NCBI GenBank assembly: GCA_964506385.1
Contig: CAZDNN010000001.1
Location: 1 to 52,344, forward strand
DNA from: an uncultured Planctomycetota bacterium
GTDB taxonomy: Bacteria > Planctomycetota > PUPC01 > DSUN01
Direction of reading: 5' to 3'
DNA length: 52,344 nucleotides
Under the pieces are notes generated by a model. The model did no database searches and was not told the origin of the DNA. It was given only the letters and a program-made list of their open reading frames with translations. Positions 9,777 through 18,255 of the stretch are shown here, piece by piece. The position numbers and the translations under genes were made by a program. Positions within the stretch are counted from its first letter, which is position 1; each line of letters begins with the position of its first letter.

Positions 9777-12130
9777 TGGCGGACGAGATCGACCTGAGCT
9801 ACGTGGACGAGGCGGTGGCGGCGATCGGGCGCGGCCCCGAGTGCGTCATCCCCCTCCTCCAGGCCATCCAGGGGCACTACCGCTACCTGCCCGAGGCCGC
9901 CCTGCGCCGCGCCTGCGCCATCACCGAGATCACGCCCGCCACCATCGCGGGCGTCTCGACCTTCTACTCGCAGTTCCGCCACCGCCCCATGGGCGAGCAC
10001 CTCATCCGCGTCTGCGTCGGCACCGCGTGCCACGTGAAGGGCGCCGGCCTCGTGTACGACGAGTTCGTCCGCCGCCTCGGCGTCCCTGACGGCGACGACA
10101 CTGACCCCGACGGCCTGTTCACCATCGAGAAGGTCGCCTGCCTGGGCTGCTGCACCCTGGCGCCGGTCATCCAGATCGACGACGTGACCTACGGCCATCT
10201 GAGCCCCGAGACGGTGCCCCGCGTCGTGCGCGACTTCCTGGAACTGGATCGCGGCGGCGAGCACCATCCCCACGAGAGCGACTCTGCGACGGGGGGGGAC
10301 ATCGAGAGCGAGATCCGCATCAGCCTCGACACCTGCTGCGTCGCCCGGGGCAGTGCCGAGGTGTACAAGGCTCTCAAGGATGCCGTCGAGCAGACGGGGG
10401 CGCGCGCCCTCGTGAAAGGCGTGGGGTGTACGGGCATGTCCCACCTGACCCCGCTGGTGGAGGTCGCCGCCAAGGGGCGTCCGCGTGCGCTCTACACAGC
10501 GGTGACACCGCTCGAGGCCAGGGCGATTGTCCTCCGCCACTTCCAGCCGAGGGGGCTCGGCAGGAGGCTTGCGGCGGCAGTCACGGGGTTGCTCGACACG
10601 GCATTCACCGACGATACCTGGGGGGCGGTGGACCGCCACGCGATCGACGTGCGCGACGCGCCCATCGCCGAGTTCGTCGGCAGGCAGAAGCAGATCGCGA
10701 CGGAGCATTCGGGCCAACTCAGCCCGCTCGACCTCGACGAGTACCTCGAGCACGACGGCTTCCAGGCGCTCGAGCGGTGCCTGCGAGAGTACACCGCCGA
10801 TGACGTGATCGCGGAGATCCGCCGCAGTGGCCTGCGCGGCAGAGGCGGTGCGGGCTATGCCACGGGACTCAAATGGCAGCACGTGCGCGCGGCCCCAGGC
10901 GACAGGAAGTACCTCGTGTGCAACGGCGACGAGGGCGACCCCGGCGCGTTCATGGACCGCATGATGCTCGAGTCGTTCCCCTATCGCATCATCGAGGGGA
11001 TGGCGATCGCCGCCTGCGCGGTCGGTGCCGATGAGGGCTACCTCTACATCCGCGCCGAGTACCCGCTCGCCGTACAGCGGATGAGGGCCGCGCTGCGCCG
11101 CTGCGAGGAACACGGCTACCTGGGCGACGACATCCTCGGCAGCGGCGTTCGCCTGCGGCTCCGCATCATGGAGGGTGCTGGCGCGTTCGTATGCGGCGAG
11201 GAGACGGCGCTCCTGGCGTCCATCGAGGGCCGCCGGGGGATGCCGCGCCTGCGGCCGCCGTATCCCGCTCTCGAGGGCCTGTGGGGCAAGCCCACGCTCG
11301 TCAACAACGTCGAGACCTACGCAGTGGTGCCCTGGATCATCCGCCACGGCGCCGAGGCCTTCGCTGCCATGGGCACGCCCGAGAGCAGGGGCACCAAGGT
11401 GTTCGCCCTCGCGGGCAAGGTGGCCCGGGGCGGGCTCATCGAGGTGCCGATGGGGATCTCGCTGCGCGAGATCGTCGAGGAGATCGGCGGCGGGATCGTT
11501 GGCGGGAAGGGCCTCAAGGCCGTCCAGATCGGCGGCCCATCCGGCGGATGCGTCCCCGCCCGGCTCGCACACACCCCAGTAGACTACGAGGACCTGGCCG
11601 ACGTCGGCGCCATGATGGGCTCCGGCGGCCTCGTCGTCCTCGACGACAGCGACTGCATGGTGGACATCGCCCGGTACTTCCTCGAGTTCACCCAGGACCA
11701 GGCGTGCGGCAAGTGCACTTTCTGCCGCATCGGCACCCGCCGCATGCTCGACATCCTCGAGCGGCTGTGTGCCGGCGAAGGCCGCAAGGGGGACCTCGAG
11801 GATCTCGAGACCCTGAGCCACATGGTCAAGCAGGGCAGCCTGTGTGGCCTGGGCCGCACCGCGCCGAACCCCGTGCTCACGACGCTCCGGTACTTCCGCG
11901 ACGAGTACGAGGCGCACATCGAGGGGCGCTGTCCCGCGGGCAGATGTCGCGCGCTCATCACCTACTCGATATCCGATGCGTGCATCGGCTGTACCCGCTG
12001 CGCCCAGCACTGCCCCGCCGAGGCCATCGCCATGACGCCCTACGAGCGTCACGAGATCGACCAGGAGAAGTGCATCAAGTGTGGGACGTGCAGGAACGTC
12101 TGCCCCGTTGATGCCGTCGAGGTCGAATGA
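9776..12130 (+). CDS. NuoE-NuoF fusion flavoprotein (NAD(P)H-binding FMN/FeS subunit of HydB/HoxF/NuoF type) with C-terminal 2x[4Fe-4S] domain
   Basis: ATG 9776 overlaps the TAA of the previous gene (TAATG). NuoE-like 2Fe-2S cysteines (CVGTACHVKG, CLGCCTLAP). NuoF signatures GRGGAGYATGLKW, VCNGDEGDPGAFMDR, CGKCTFCRIGT. C-terminal CIGCTRCAQHCP and CIKCGTCRNVCP. Confidence 0.9.
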   Translation: MADEIDLSYVDEAVAAIGRGPECVIPLLQAIQGHYRYLPEAALRRACAITEITPATIAGVSTFYSQFRHRPMGEHLIRVCVGTACHVKGAGLVYDEFVRRLGVPDGDDTDPDGLFTIEKVACLGCCTLAPVIQIDDVTYGHLSPETVPRVVRDFLELDRGGEHHPHESDSATGGDIESEIRISLDTCCVARGSAEVYKALKDAVEQTGARALVKGVGCTGMSHLTPLVEVAAKGRPRALYTAVTPLEARAIVLRHFQPRGLGRRLAAAVTGLLDTAFTDDTWGAVDRHAIDVRDAPIAEFVGRQKQIATEHSGQLSPLDLDEYLEHDGFQALERCLREYTADDVIAEIRRSGLRGRGGAGYATGLKWQHVRAAPGDRKYLVCNGDEGDPGAFMDRMMLESFPYRIIEGMAIAACAVGADEGYLYIRAEYPLAVQRMRAALRRCEEHGYLGDDILGSGVRLRLRIMEGAGAFVCGEETALLASIEGRRGMPRLRPPYPALEGLWGKPTLVNNVETYAVVPWIIRHGAEAFAAMGTPESRGTKVFALAGKVARGGLIEVPMGISLREIVEEIGGGIVGGKGLKAVQIGGPSGGCVPARLAHTPVDYEDLADVGAMMGSGGLVVLDDSDCMVDIARYFLEFTQDQACGKCTFCRIGTRRMLDILERLCAGEGRKGDLEDLETLSHMVKQGSLCGLGRTAPNPVLTTLRYFRDEYEAHIEGRCPAGRCRALITYSISDACIGCTRCAQHCPAEAIAMTPYERHEIDQEKCIKCGTCRNVCPVDAVEVE

Positions 12131-12134
12131 ACGC

Positions 12135-12190
12135 GTGATCCGTGATTTGTGATGCGTGACTGAAGGGAGGGCGAGGCTCCCGCCGAGCCG
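12135..12190 (+). repeat. Intergenic repeat: tandem heptads GTGATNN x3.5 followed by copy 1 of the 26-nt box GGGAGGGCGAGGCTCCCGCCGAGCCG
   Basis: GTGATCC GTGATTT GTGATGC GTGA (12135-12159). The box at 12165-12190 recurs at 16312, 26922 and, inverted, at 26965. Confidence 0.7.
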
Positions 12191-12210
12191 CGACCAAGGG
12201 GAAGCGACGC

Positions 12211-13788
12211 GTGCCGACGCTGACGATCGACAATCGCGAGGTGACGGTGCCCGAGGGGGCGACCGTGCTCGATGCAGCCCGGGCGCTGGGCATCGAGATC
12301 CCGACGCTGTGCCACCTCGCCGGGCGCGAGCCGGCCACTTCGTGCATGGTGTGCGTCGTCAAGGTGGCTGGCCGCAACGGGCTGGTGCCGGCGTGCGCGA
12401 CGGCGGCCAGCGAGGGGATGCGTGTGGAGAGCGAGACCGACGAGGTGCGCGCCGCGCGCCGCACGGCCCTCGAGCTCCTGCTCAGCGACCACGTCGGCGA
12501 CTGCGTCGGCCCGTGCCACAACCTGTGCCCGGCGCAGATGAACATCCCGGTGATGATCCGCCAGATCGCCCGCGGCGAGCTGCGCGAGGCCGCCGCGACG
12601 GTGAAGGCCGACATCCCGCTGCCCGCCACCCTCGGCCGCATCTGCCCGGCGCCGTGCGAGAAGGGCTGCCGGCGTGGCGAGGCCGATGCCCCTGTGTCCA
12701 TCTGCCTGCTCAAGCGCTACGTCGGCGACGCCGACCTCGCCTCGGGCGAGCCCTGGCTGCCGGACTGTGCGCCCAGCTCGGGCAAGCGGGTGGCCGTCGT
12801 CGGGGCTGGCCCGGCCGGCCTGTCCGCCGCCTTCTACCTGCTCGCGCGGGGCCACGCCTGCACGGTCTTCGACGACCACCCGGAGCCGGGCGGCGCCCTC
12901 CAGTACGCCGTGCCGGAGGAGAGGCTGCCGCGCGACGTCGTGCAGGCCGAGGCGGCCGCCATCGCGCGCCTGGGCGCCGAGTTGCGCCTGGGGACGCGGG
13001 TCGGCGAAGCCGTCTCCCTGGACGACCTGCGCCGCGAGTTCGACGCGGTGCTCGTCGCGGCGGGAGAGGGGAGCTCCGAGCACTTCGGTCTCCCTGCCTC
13101 GAAGCAGGGGGTGGCGGTGGACCGGCAGACGCTGGCGACGGAGCTCGAGGGCGTCTTCGCGGCGGGAAGCGCGGTGCGGCCTCAGCGCATGGCGGTGCGC
13201 TCGGTGGCCGACGGCAAGACCGCGGCCGCGTCGATCGGCCAACTCCTGCGTGGGGAGGCGGTCGTTGGGCCGCCCAAGCTGTTCACCACGCGGATGGGGC
13301 GCTTGCAGGATGGCGAGCTCGCTGCTTTCATGGAAGGAGCCAGTGAGGCCGCGCGGGTGACGCCATCCGGGAACGGCTTCTCGGACGACGAGGCCCGGGC
13401 CGAGGCGGCGCGCTGCCTGCACTGCGATTGCCGCAAGCCGGCGAGCTGCAAGCTCCGCCGCTACGCCGCTGCCTGCGGCGCGAGCCCCAGCCGCTACAGG
13501 GCGGAGCGCCGGCCCTTCGTCCAGCACGCGCATCACCCCGAGCTGGTCTTCGAGCCGGGGAAGTGCATTGACTGCGGGCTGTGCATCGGGATCGCGGCGG
13601 AGGCTGGCGAGGAGCTGGGCCTGGCGTTCATCGGCCGCGGCTTCAACGTCCGCGTCGGCGTGCCCTTCGAGGAGCCGCTCGAGCGGGGTCTGGCGCGGGT
13701 CGCGAGGGCGTGCGCAGCCGCGTGCCCGACGGGCGCGCTCGCACTTCGGGACGGGGAGGACACGGGTCGCAACCATGGAGGGTCGTGA
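12211..13788 (+). CDS. 2Fe-2S ferredoxin domain fused to GltD-like (glutamate synthase small-chain-like) FAD/NAD(P)H oxidoreductase with C-terminal FeS motifs
   Basis: GTG start. N-terminal TIDNREVTVPEGATVLDAARALGIEIPTLCH...CMVCVV. GltD-type CPAPCEKGCRRG. Dinucleotide fold GKRVAVVGAGPAGLSAAFYL. C-terminal CLHCDC and CIDCGLC...CPTGAL. Confidence 0.85.
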   Translation: MPTLTIDNREVTVPEGATVLDAARALGIEIPTLCHLAGREPATSCMVCVVKVAGRNGLVPACATAASEGMRVESETDEVRAARRTALELLLSDHVGDCVGPCHNLCPAQMNIPVMIRQIARGELREAAATVKADIPLPATLGRICPAPCEKGCRRGEADAPVSICLLKRYVGDADLASGEPWLPDCAPSSGKRVAVVGAGPAGLSAAFYLLARGHACTVFDDHPEPGGALQYAVPEERLPRDVVQAEAAAIARLGAELRLGTRVGEAVSLDDLRREFDAVLVAAGEGSSEHFGLPASKQGVAVDRQTLATELEGVFAAGSAVRPQRMAVRSVADGKTAAASIGQLLRGEAVVGPPKLFTTRMGRLQDGELAAFMEGASEAARVTPSGNGFSDDEARAEAARCLHCDCRKPASCKLRRYAAACGASPSRYRAERRPFVQHAHHPELVFEPGKCIDCGLCIGIAAEAGEELGLAFIGRGFNVRVGVPFEEPLERGLARVARACAAACPTGALALRDGEDTGRNHGGS

Positions 13789-13789
13789 C

Positions 13790-15037
13790 ATGGGGAAGAG
13801 CTGGGCGGCGGTGGGTGTGTTGATCGGGCTGGCCGCTCCGATCGCTTCGGCGAGCGCCGCGGACTGGCCGCAGTGGCGCGGCCTGACCCGCGACGGCGTG
13901 GCGGCCGGCGTCAAGCTCCCCGACCCGTGGCCGCCGGCGCTGACGCGGGCCTGGTCGCTGGAGGTGGGCCTCGGCCACTCCTCGCCGGTGGTCGCTGGCG
14001 GCAAGGTCGTCCAGCAGGCCCGCCAGGGCGAGGAAGAGGTGGTGCGCTGCATCGACGCGGCGAGCGGCAAGGTGGTCTGGCAGGCCGCCTTCGCCGCCGG
14101 CCCCTTCGCGCCGCGGCCCGTGGCCCGCGCGCACGGCAGAGGCCCGTTCGCCACGCCGACCGTCGCCGACGGGAAGGTCTACACCCTCGGCGTCTCGGGG
14201 GTGCTGGCCTGCTACGACCTGGCCAGCGGCAAGCGCCTCTGGCAGAAGACCTTCGCCAACGAGTATGAGAAGCCCTATCCCATCTGGGGCGCTGCGAACT
14301 CCCCGCTCATCGACGGCACCCGCTGCATCCTCACCGTGGGCACCGACGCCGACGGCGCACTGGCCGCCTTCCACAAAGACACGGGCGAGGCGCTCTGGCG
14401 GGTGACCGACGTCGGCCCCGCCTACACGTCGCCCCAGATCGCCACCCTGGCGGGAAAGCGGCAGGTCGTCACGCTCACGCACAAGCGTCTGTGCGGCGCC
14501 GACGACCAGACGGGGAAGCTGCTCTGGCAGATCCCCTTCAAGGTCCGCTACGACATGAACATCATCACGCCCGTCGTCCACGGCGACCTCGTGGTCTACT
14601 CGGGCTACCACGAGGGCACCGCCGCGGTGCGCGTCGCGGCGGGGGACGGGAAGCTGGCGGCCCAGAAGCGGTGGCACAACAAGGGGGAGTCCATGTTCAT
14701 GAGCTCGCCCGTCCGCCGCGGCGGCCACATCTACGGCCTGTCGATGCGCGGCAAGGGCACGCTGGTGTGCCTGGCGCTCGCCGACGGCAAGACCGCGTGG
14801 GCGTCGCCCGGCCGCATGGGCGAGTATGCGTCGCTGGTGCTCGTCGGCGACAGGCTGCTCGTGATGACCACGGGGGGCGACCTGCTGCTCGTTGCGGCCG
14901 ACCCCGGCGGCTACAGGGAGCTGGCCCGCTCACACCTGACCGACCGCCCTGTCTGGGCGCATCTCGCCGTGACTGACAAGGTCCTATGCGTCAAGGACAA
15001 GACGCACCTCACGTGCTTCGCGCTCGGCGCCGAGTGA
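13790..15037 (+). CDS. PQQ-like beta-propeller repeat protein 3, cleavable signal peptide
   Basis: ATG 13790 lies 1 nt after the previous stop; ATG 13775 is an alternative. Signal MGKSWAAVGVLIGLAAPIASASAADWPQWRG, then blades. Confidence 0.8.
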   Translation: MGKSWAAVGVLIGLAAPIASASAADWPQWRGLTRDGVAAGVKLPDPWPPALTRAWSLEVGLGHSSPVVAGGKVVQQARQGEEEVVRCIDAASGKVVWQAAFAAGPFAPRPVARAHGRGPFATPTVADGKVYTLGVSGVLACYDLASGKRLWQKTFANEYEKPYPIWGAANSPLIDGTRCILTVGTDADGALAAFHKDTGEALWRVTDVGPAYTSPQIATLAGKRQVVTLTHKRLCGADDQTGKLLWQIPFKVRYDMNIITPVVHGDLVVYSGYHEGTAAVRVAAGDGKLAAQKRWHNKGESMFMSSPVRRGGHIYGLSMRGKGTLVCLALADGKTAWASPGRMGEYASLVLVGDRLLVMTTGGDLLLVAADPGGYRELARSHLTDRPVWAHLAVTDKVLCVKDKTHLTCFALGAE

Positions 15038-15050
15038 AGGAGGCCCCGCC

Positions 15051-16298
15051 GTGCGACGTCACCGATTCCTGGAGGCGGTGGCCTTGTCGTGTCTGTGCTC
15101 GGCTGTGGCGGTCGCCGCCGAGACCCACCCCTGGCCCCAGTTCCACGGCCCGCGCCGCGACAACATGTCTACGGAGACCGGCCTGCTCGAGCAGTGGCCC
15201 GAGGGCGGACCCAAGCTGCTGTGGACCTTCCAGGGCCTCGGCCACGGCTTCTCCACCCTCGCCATCGCACACGGCCTCATCTACACCACGGGCAACATCG
15301 GCGCCGATACCGTCATCAGCGCACTCACCCTCGACGGCAAGCTCGCCTGGCGGGCCACCAACGGCCCCGCCTACCGTCGCCAGCACCGCGGCGCCCGGGG
15401 CACCCCTACCATCGACGGCGAGCGCCTCTACCACGAGAATGCCGACGGCGATCTCGTCTGCCTCGAGGCGAAGACGGGCAAGAAGGTCTGGGGGCTCAAC
15501 ATCCTCAAGAAGTTCGGCGGCCGCAACATCACCTGGGGCCTCGCCGAATCGGTGCTCATCGACGGCCGCAAGCTCATCTGCACCCCCGGCGGCCCCGAGA
15601 TCACCATGGTCGCCCTCGACAAGGCCAGCGGCGAGACGATCTGGGCCTGCAAGGGCGGCAAGCACAAGCCAGGCTACGCCTCACCCATCGTCTTCGACTA
15701 CAGGGGGCTGCGGCAGGTCACCACCATGCTCGCCAAGTCGATCATCGGGGTGAACGCGGAGACGGGCGAGCTCCTCTGGCAGGTCGGCCACACCACGCCC
15801 TTCGACGAGAACATCTTCACGCCCCGCTACCACGACGGCCACCTCTACTTCGCCACCGGCCACCGCGTCGGCAGCCGCCTGCTCAAGCTCAACGTCCAGG
15901 GCGACAAGTGCGCGGTCGATCTCGTCTGGAAGACCGAGCGCCTCGACAGCCACCACGGCGACGTCCTGCTCATCGACGGCTGCCTCTACGGCTACGCCCA
16001 CGGCAAGTACAAGTGGTGTTGGGAGTGTCTGGACTGGAAGACGGGCAAGCTGATGCACAGCGTCCGCACGCCGACAAAAGGCTCCATTACGTTCGCCGAC
16101 GGCCTGATCTACGCGCGGAACGAGAAGGGCCTCGTCGAGCTCATCAGGCCCACGCCCGAGCGTCGCGAGGTCATCAGCAGCTTCCACATCCCCAAGGGTG
16201 GCCGCGGCCCCACGTGGGCGCACCCCGTCGTCTGCGGCGGCCGCCTCTACCTCCGCCACAGCGACTTCCTCTACGCCTACGACATCAAAGGGAAGTGA
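15051..16298 (+). CDS. PQQ-like beta-propeller repeat protein 4, signal peptide
   Basis: GTG 15051 lies 7 nt after GAAGGAGG. Signal AVALSCLCSAVAVAAETHPWPQFHGP, then blades. Confidence 0.8.
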   Translation: MRRHRFLEAVALSCLCSAVAVAAETHPWPQFHGPRRDNMSTETGLLEQWPEGGPKLLWTFQGLGHGFSTLAIAHGLIYTTGNIGADTVISALTLDGKLAWRATNGPAYRRQHRGARGTPTIDGERLYHENADGDLVCLEAKTGKKVWGLNILKKFGGRNITWGLAESVLIDGRKLICTPGGPEITMVALDKASGETIWACKGGKHKPGYASPIVFDYRGLRQVTTMLAKSIIGVNAETGELLWQVGHTTPFDENIFTPRYHDGHLYFATGHRVGSRLLKLNVQGDKCAVDLVWKTERLDSHHGDVLLIDGCLYGYAHGKYKWCWECLDWKTGKLMHSVRTPTKGSITFADGLIYARNEKGLVELIRPTPERREVISSFHIPKGGRGPTWAHPVVCGGRLYLRHSDFLYAYDIKGK

Positions 16299-16311
16299 TC
16301 CCTGGCGGGCA

Positions 16312-16343
16312 GGGAGGGCGAGGCTCCCGCTGAGCCGCTCAGC
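16312..16343. repeat. Copy 2 of the 26-nt GGGAGGGCGAGGCTCCCGCTGAGCCG box, extended to a GCTGAGC-C-GCTCAGC hairpin between convergent genes (possible bidirectional terminator)
   Basis: Direct reading. Lies between stop 16298 (+) and stop 16348 (-). Confidence 0.6.
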
Positions 16344-16347
16344 CTGA

Positions 16348-18252
16348 CTACTTCCCGCGCGTTGGCGCACGGAAAAGGCCGATGGCCCGGATCGTCGGCG
16401 CCGCGCGGGCCGCCTCGATCACCAGCCGCACGCGGCGCGCCGCCACGTCGGCGAAGCGGTCGAGTTTCTTGTAGCCGATCGTCGTCCCCCGCGCAAAGGG
16501 CTTCCACGCCTTGCCGTCCCACGCCTCGAGCACGTAGCTCTCGACGCGCTGGCCGAGGGCGATGTGCTCCTGAAGCATCGAGCGGTTGAAGGTCGTTGGC
16601 GCGCCGAGGTCGATGACGAGCGATGCTGTGGTCGCGTCCTCGTCGGTGGCCCAGTAGGTGGCCCCATCGCCATCGAGCGCCTTGTCCGGGCCGTGCGCCT
16701 CGTCGCGGCTGCTCGACGCAGTAGCCTTCTTGCCGTGCGCGAGATTCGTCTTGAACGTGGCGTCGAGCGCCGCCCTCAGCTCGCGCAGGCGGCGGGCGTC
16801 GTTCTCGTGGATCAGGCCGCGGCGGTCGGGCGGCACGTTGAGCAGCAGCACCGAGTTGCGGCCGACGCTCTTGTAGTAGATGTCGAGCAGGTGGTCGAGC
16901 GACTTCACCTTGCCGTCCTGGCTCGCGTGGTAGAACCACCCCGGGCGGATCGACACGTCGCACTCGGCGGGATACCACACCGCCTTGCCGCCGCGCTGCT
17001 GCACGCTCCACTCCGTCTCCCGCGCAACGCCGCTCTCGTTGCCGACCCACCGCACGTCGGGCCCGCAGATGGCGATCACGGCGTCGGGCTGGAGCTTGCG
17101 AACGAGCCCATAGTAGCCCTCCCAATCGTAGGCCTGCCGCTTGCCGTTCGGCCCCTCCCCGCAGGCACCATCGAACCACACCTCCGTGATCTCGCCGTAG
17201 TTCGTCAGCAGCTCCGTGAGCTGGTTCTTGAAGTGCTGGTTGTAGACCGGCGAGTTGCCATACTGCGGATGATTGCGGTCCCACGGCGACAGGTAGACGC
17301 CGAGCTTCAGCCCCGCCTCGCGACAGGCGTCGGACAGCTCGCGCACCACGTCGCCCTTGCCGCCCCGCCACGGGCTGTGCTTCACCGAGTGCTCCGTATA
17401 CTTGCTCGGCCACAGGCAGAAGCCGTCGTGGTGCTTCGCCGTCAGGATGACCATCTTCATCCCCGCATCCTTGAAGACGCGGCACCACTGGCGGGCGTCG
17501 AGCGCCGTCGGGTTGAAGAGCTTGGGGTCCTCCTTGCCCGTGCCCCACTCGCGGTCGGTGAAGGTGTTGATGCCGAAGTGGACGAAGGCGATGAACTCCA
17601 TTTCCTGCCAGGCAAGCTGCTGGGGCGTGGGCCGCACGTCCGCGCTCGCGCGGCGCTGCTGCTCTTGCTCGCGGCGCAGGCTCTCGGGGAGCTGGCCCTC
17701 GGGGATCGAGTCCATCAGGTCGACGAACTTCCTTGCCTTGGCGGCCATGTCGGCGAGGTCGTAGAGCGTCTTGCCGCCGTCGACGATGCGCGGCTCGCCC
17801 CAGCAGGCGTAGTGCTCGCCCAGCGAGTCGACCGCCAGCTCGAGCGTCGCCGCCTTGCCTGCTAGTGATTTCAGGTCAACGGCGACGGCCTTCCATTTGC
17901 CTTCCCGGTAGAACTCGCTCCAGATCTCCTTCCCGCCCGCGGAGACGCGGTAGATGACGCCCTTGTCGGAGCCGTGGCCATCGTGGATGCCCATCGCGAA
18001 GGTCAGCTCGGGGGCCTTGGCGTCGTTGAGGTGGATGTCGAACTGCCCGACGACGCGGCCCTTCGCCCCCTTCCACGGCGGGTGGGCGAAGATCGCCTTC
18101 TTCTCCACGCCGCCGCATTTCGCCTTCGGCCGCAGCGCGAACTGCGCCCCGTGCCCGATCGGCTCGCGCCGTGCGCCAGCGTTCGCCTGACGCACGGCCG
18201 CCACGAGAAGGAGAGCTCCCAGAAGCCAGACCGCGTTGCTCATCGCATGCAT
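16348..18252 (-). CDS. Secreted GH29 alpha-L-fucosidase with extra N-terminal domain and C-terminal F5/8 type C (discoidin) domain
   Basis: Signal MHAMSNAVWLLGALLLVAAVRQANA. GH29 core FGINTFTDREWG..MKMVILTAKHHDGFCLWPSKYTEHSV. C-terminal KALDGDGATYWATDED...SYVLEAWDGKAWKPF. Confidence 0.85.
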   Translation of the reverse strand: MHAMSNAVWLLGALLLVAAVRQANAGARREPIGHGAQFALRPKAKCGGVEKKAIFAHPPWKGAKGRVVGQFDIHLNDAKAPELTFAMGIHDGHGSDKGVIYRVSAGGKEIWSEFYREGKWKAVAVDLKSLAGKAATLELAVDSLGEHYACWGEPRIVDGGKTLYDLADMAAKARKFVDLMDSIPEGQLPESLRREQEQQRRASADVRPTPQQLAWQEMEFIAFVHFGINTFTDREWGTGKEDPKLFNPTALDARQWCRVFKDAGMKMVILTAKHHDGFCLWPSKYTEHSVKHSPWRGGKGDVVRELSDACREAGLKLGVYLSPWDRNHPQYGNSPVYNQHFKNQLTELLTNYGEITEVWFDGACGEGPNGKRQAYDWEGYYGLVRKLQPDAVIAICGPDVRWVGNESGVARETEWSVQQRGGKAVWYPAECDVSIRPGWFYHASQDGKVKSLDHLLDIYYKSVGRNSVLLLNVPPDRRGLIHENDARRLRELRAALDATFKTNLAHGKKATASSSRDEAHGPDKALDGDGATYWATDEDATTASLVIDLGAPTTFNRSMLQEHIALGQRVESYVLEAWDGKAWKPFARGTTIGYKKLDRFADVAARRVRLVIEAARAAPTIRAIGLFRAPTRGK

Positions 18253-18255
18253 CCC

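Noticed and set aside
7572-14154. Long - strand ORFs 7572-9755 (727 aa), 9611-12052 (813 aa) and 12049-14154 (701 aa)
   Set aside because: They are antisense to the propeller, NuoEF-like and GltD-like genes, whose motifs are unambiguous. The translations are low-complexity and even read through the intergenic repeat (..SRITNHGSRVHS..).
3341-16298. Calling the four propellers PQQ-dependent dehydrogenases
   Set aside because: Only the repeat or fold family is recognisable. I could not identify PQQ, Ca/lanthanide or disulfide-ring ligand signatures, and no pqq biosynthesis genes are present in the window.
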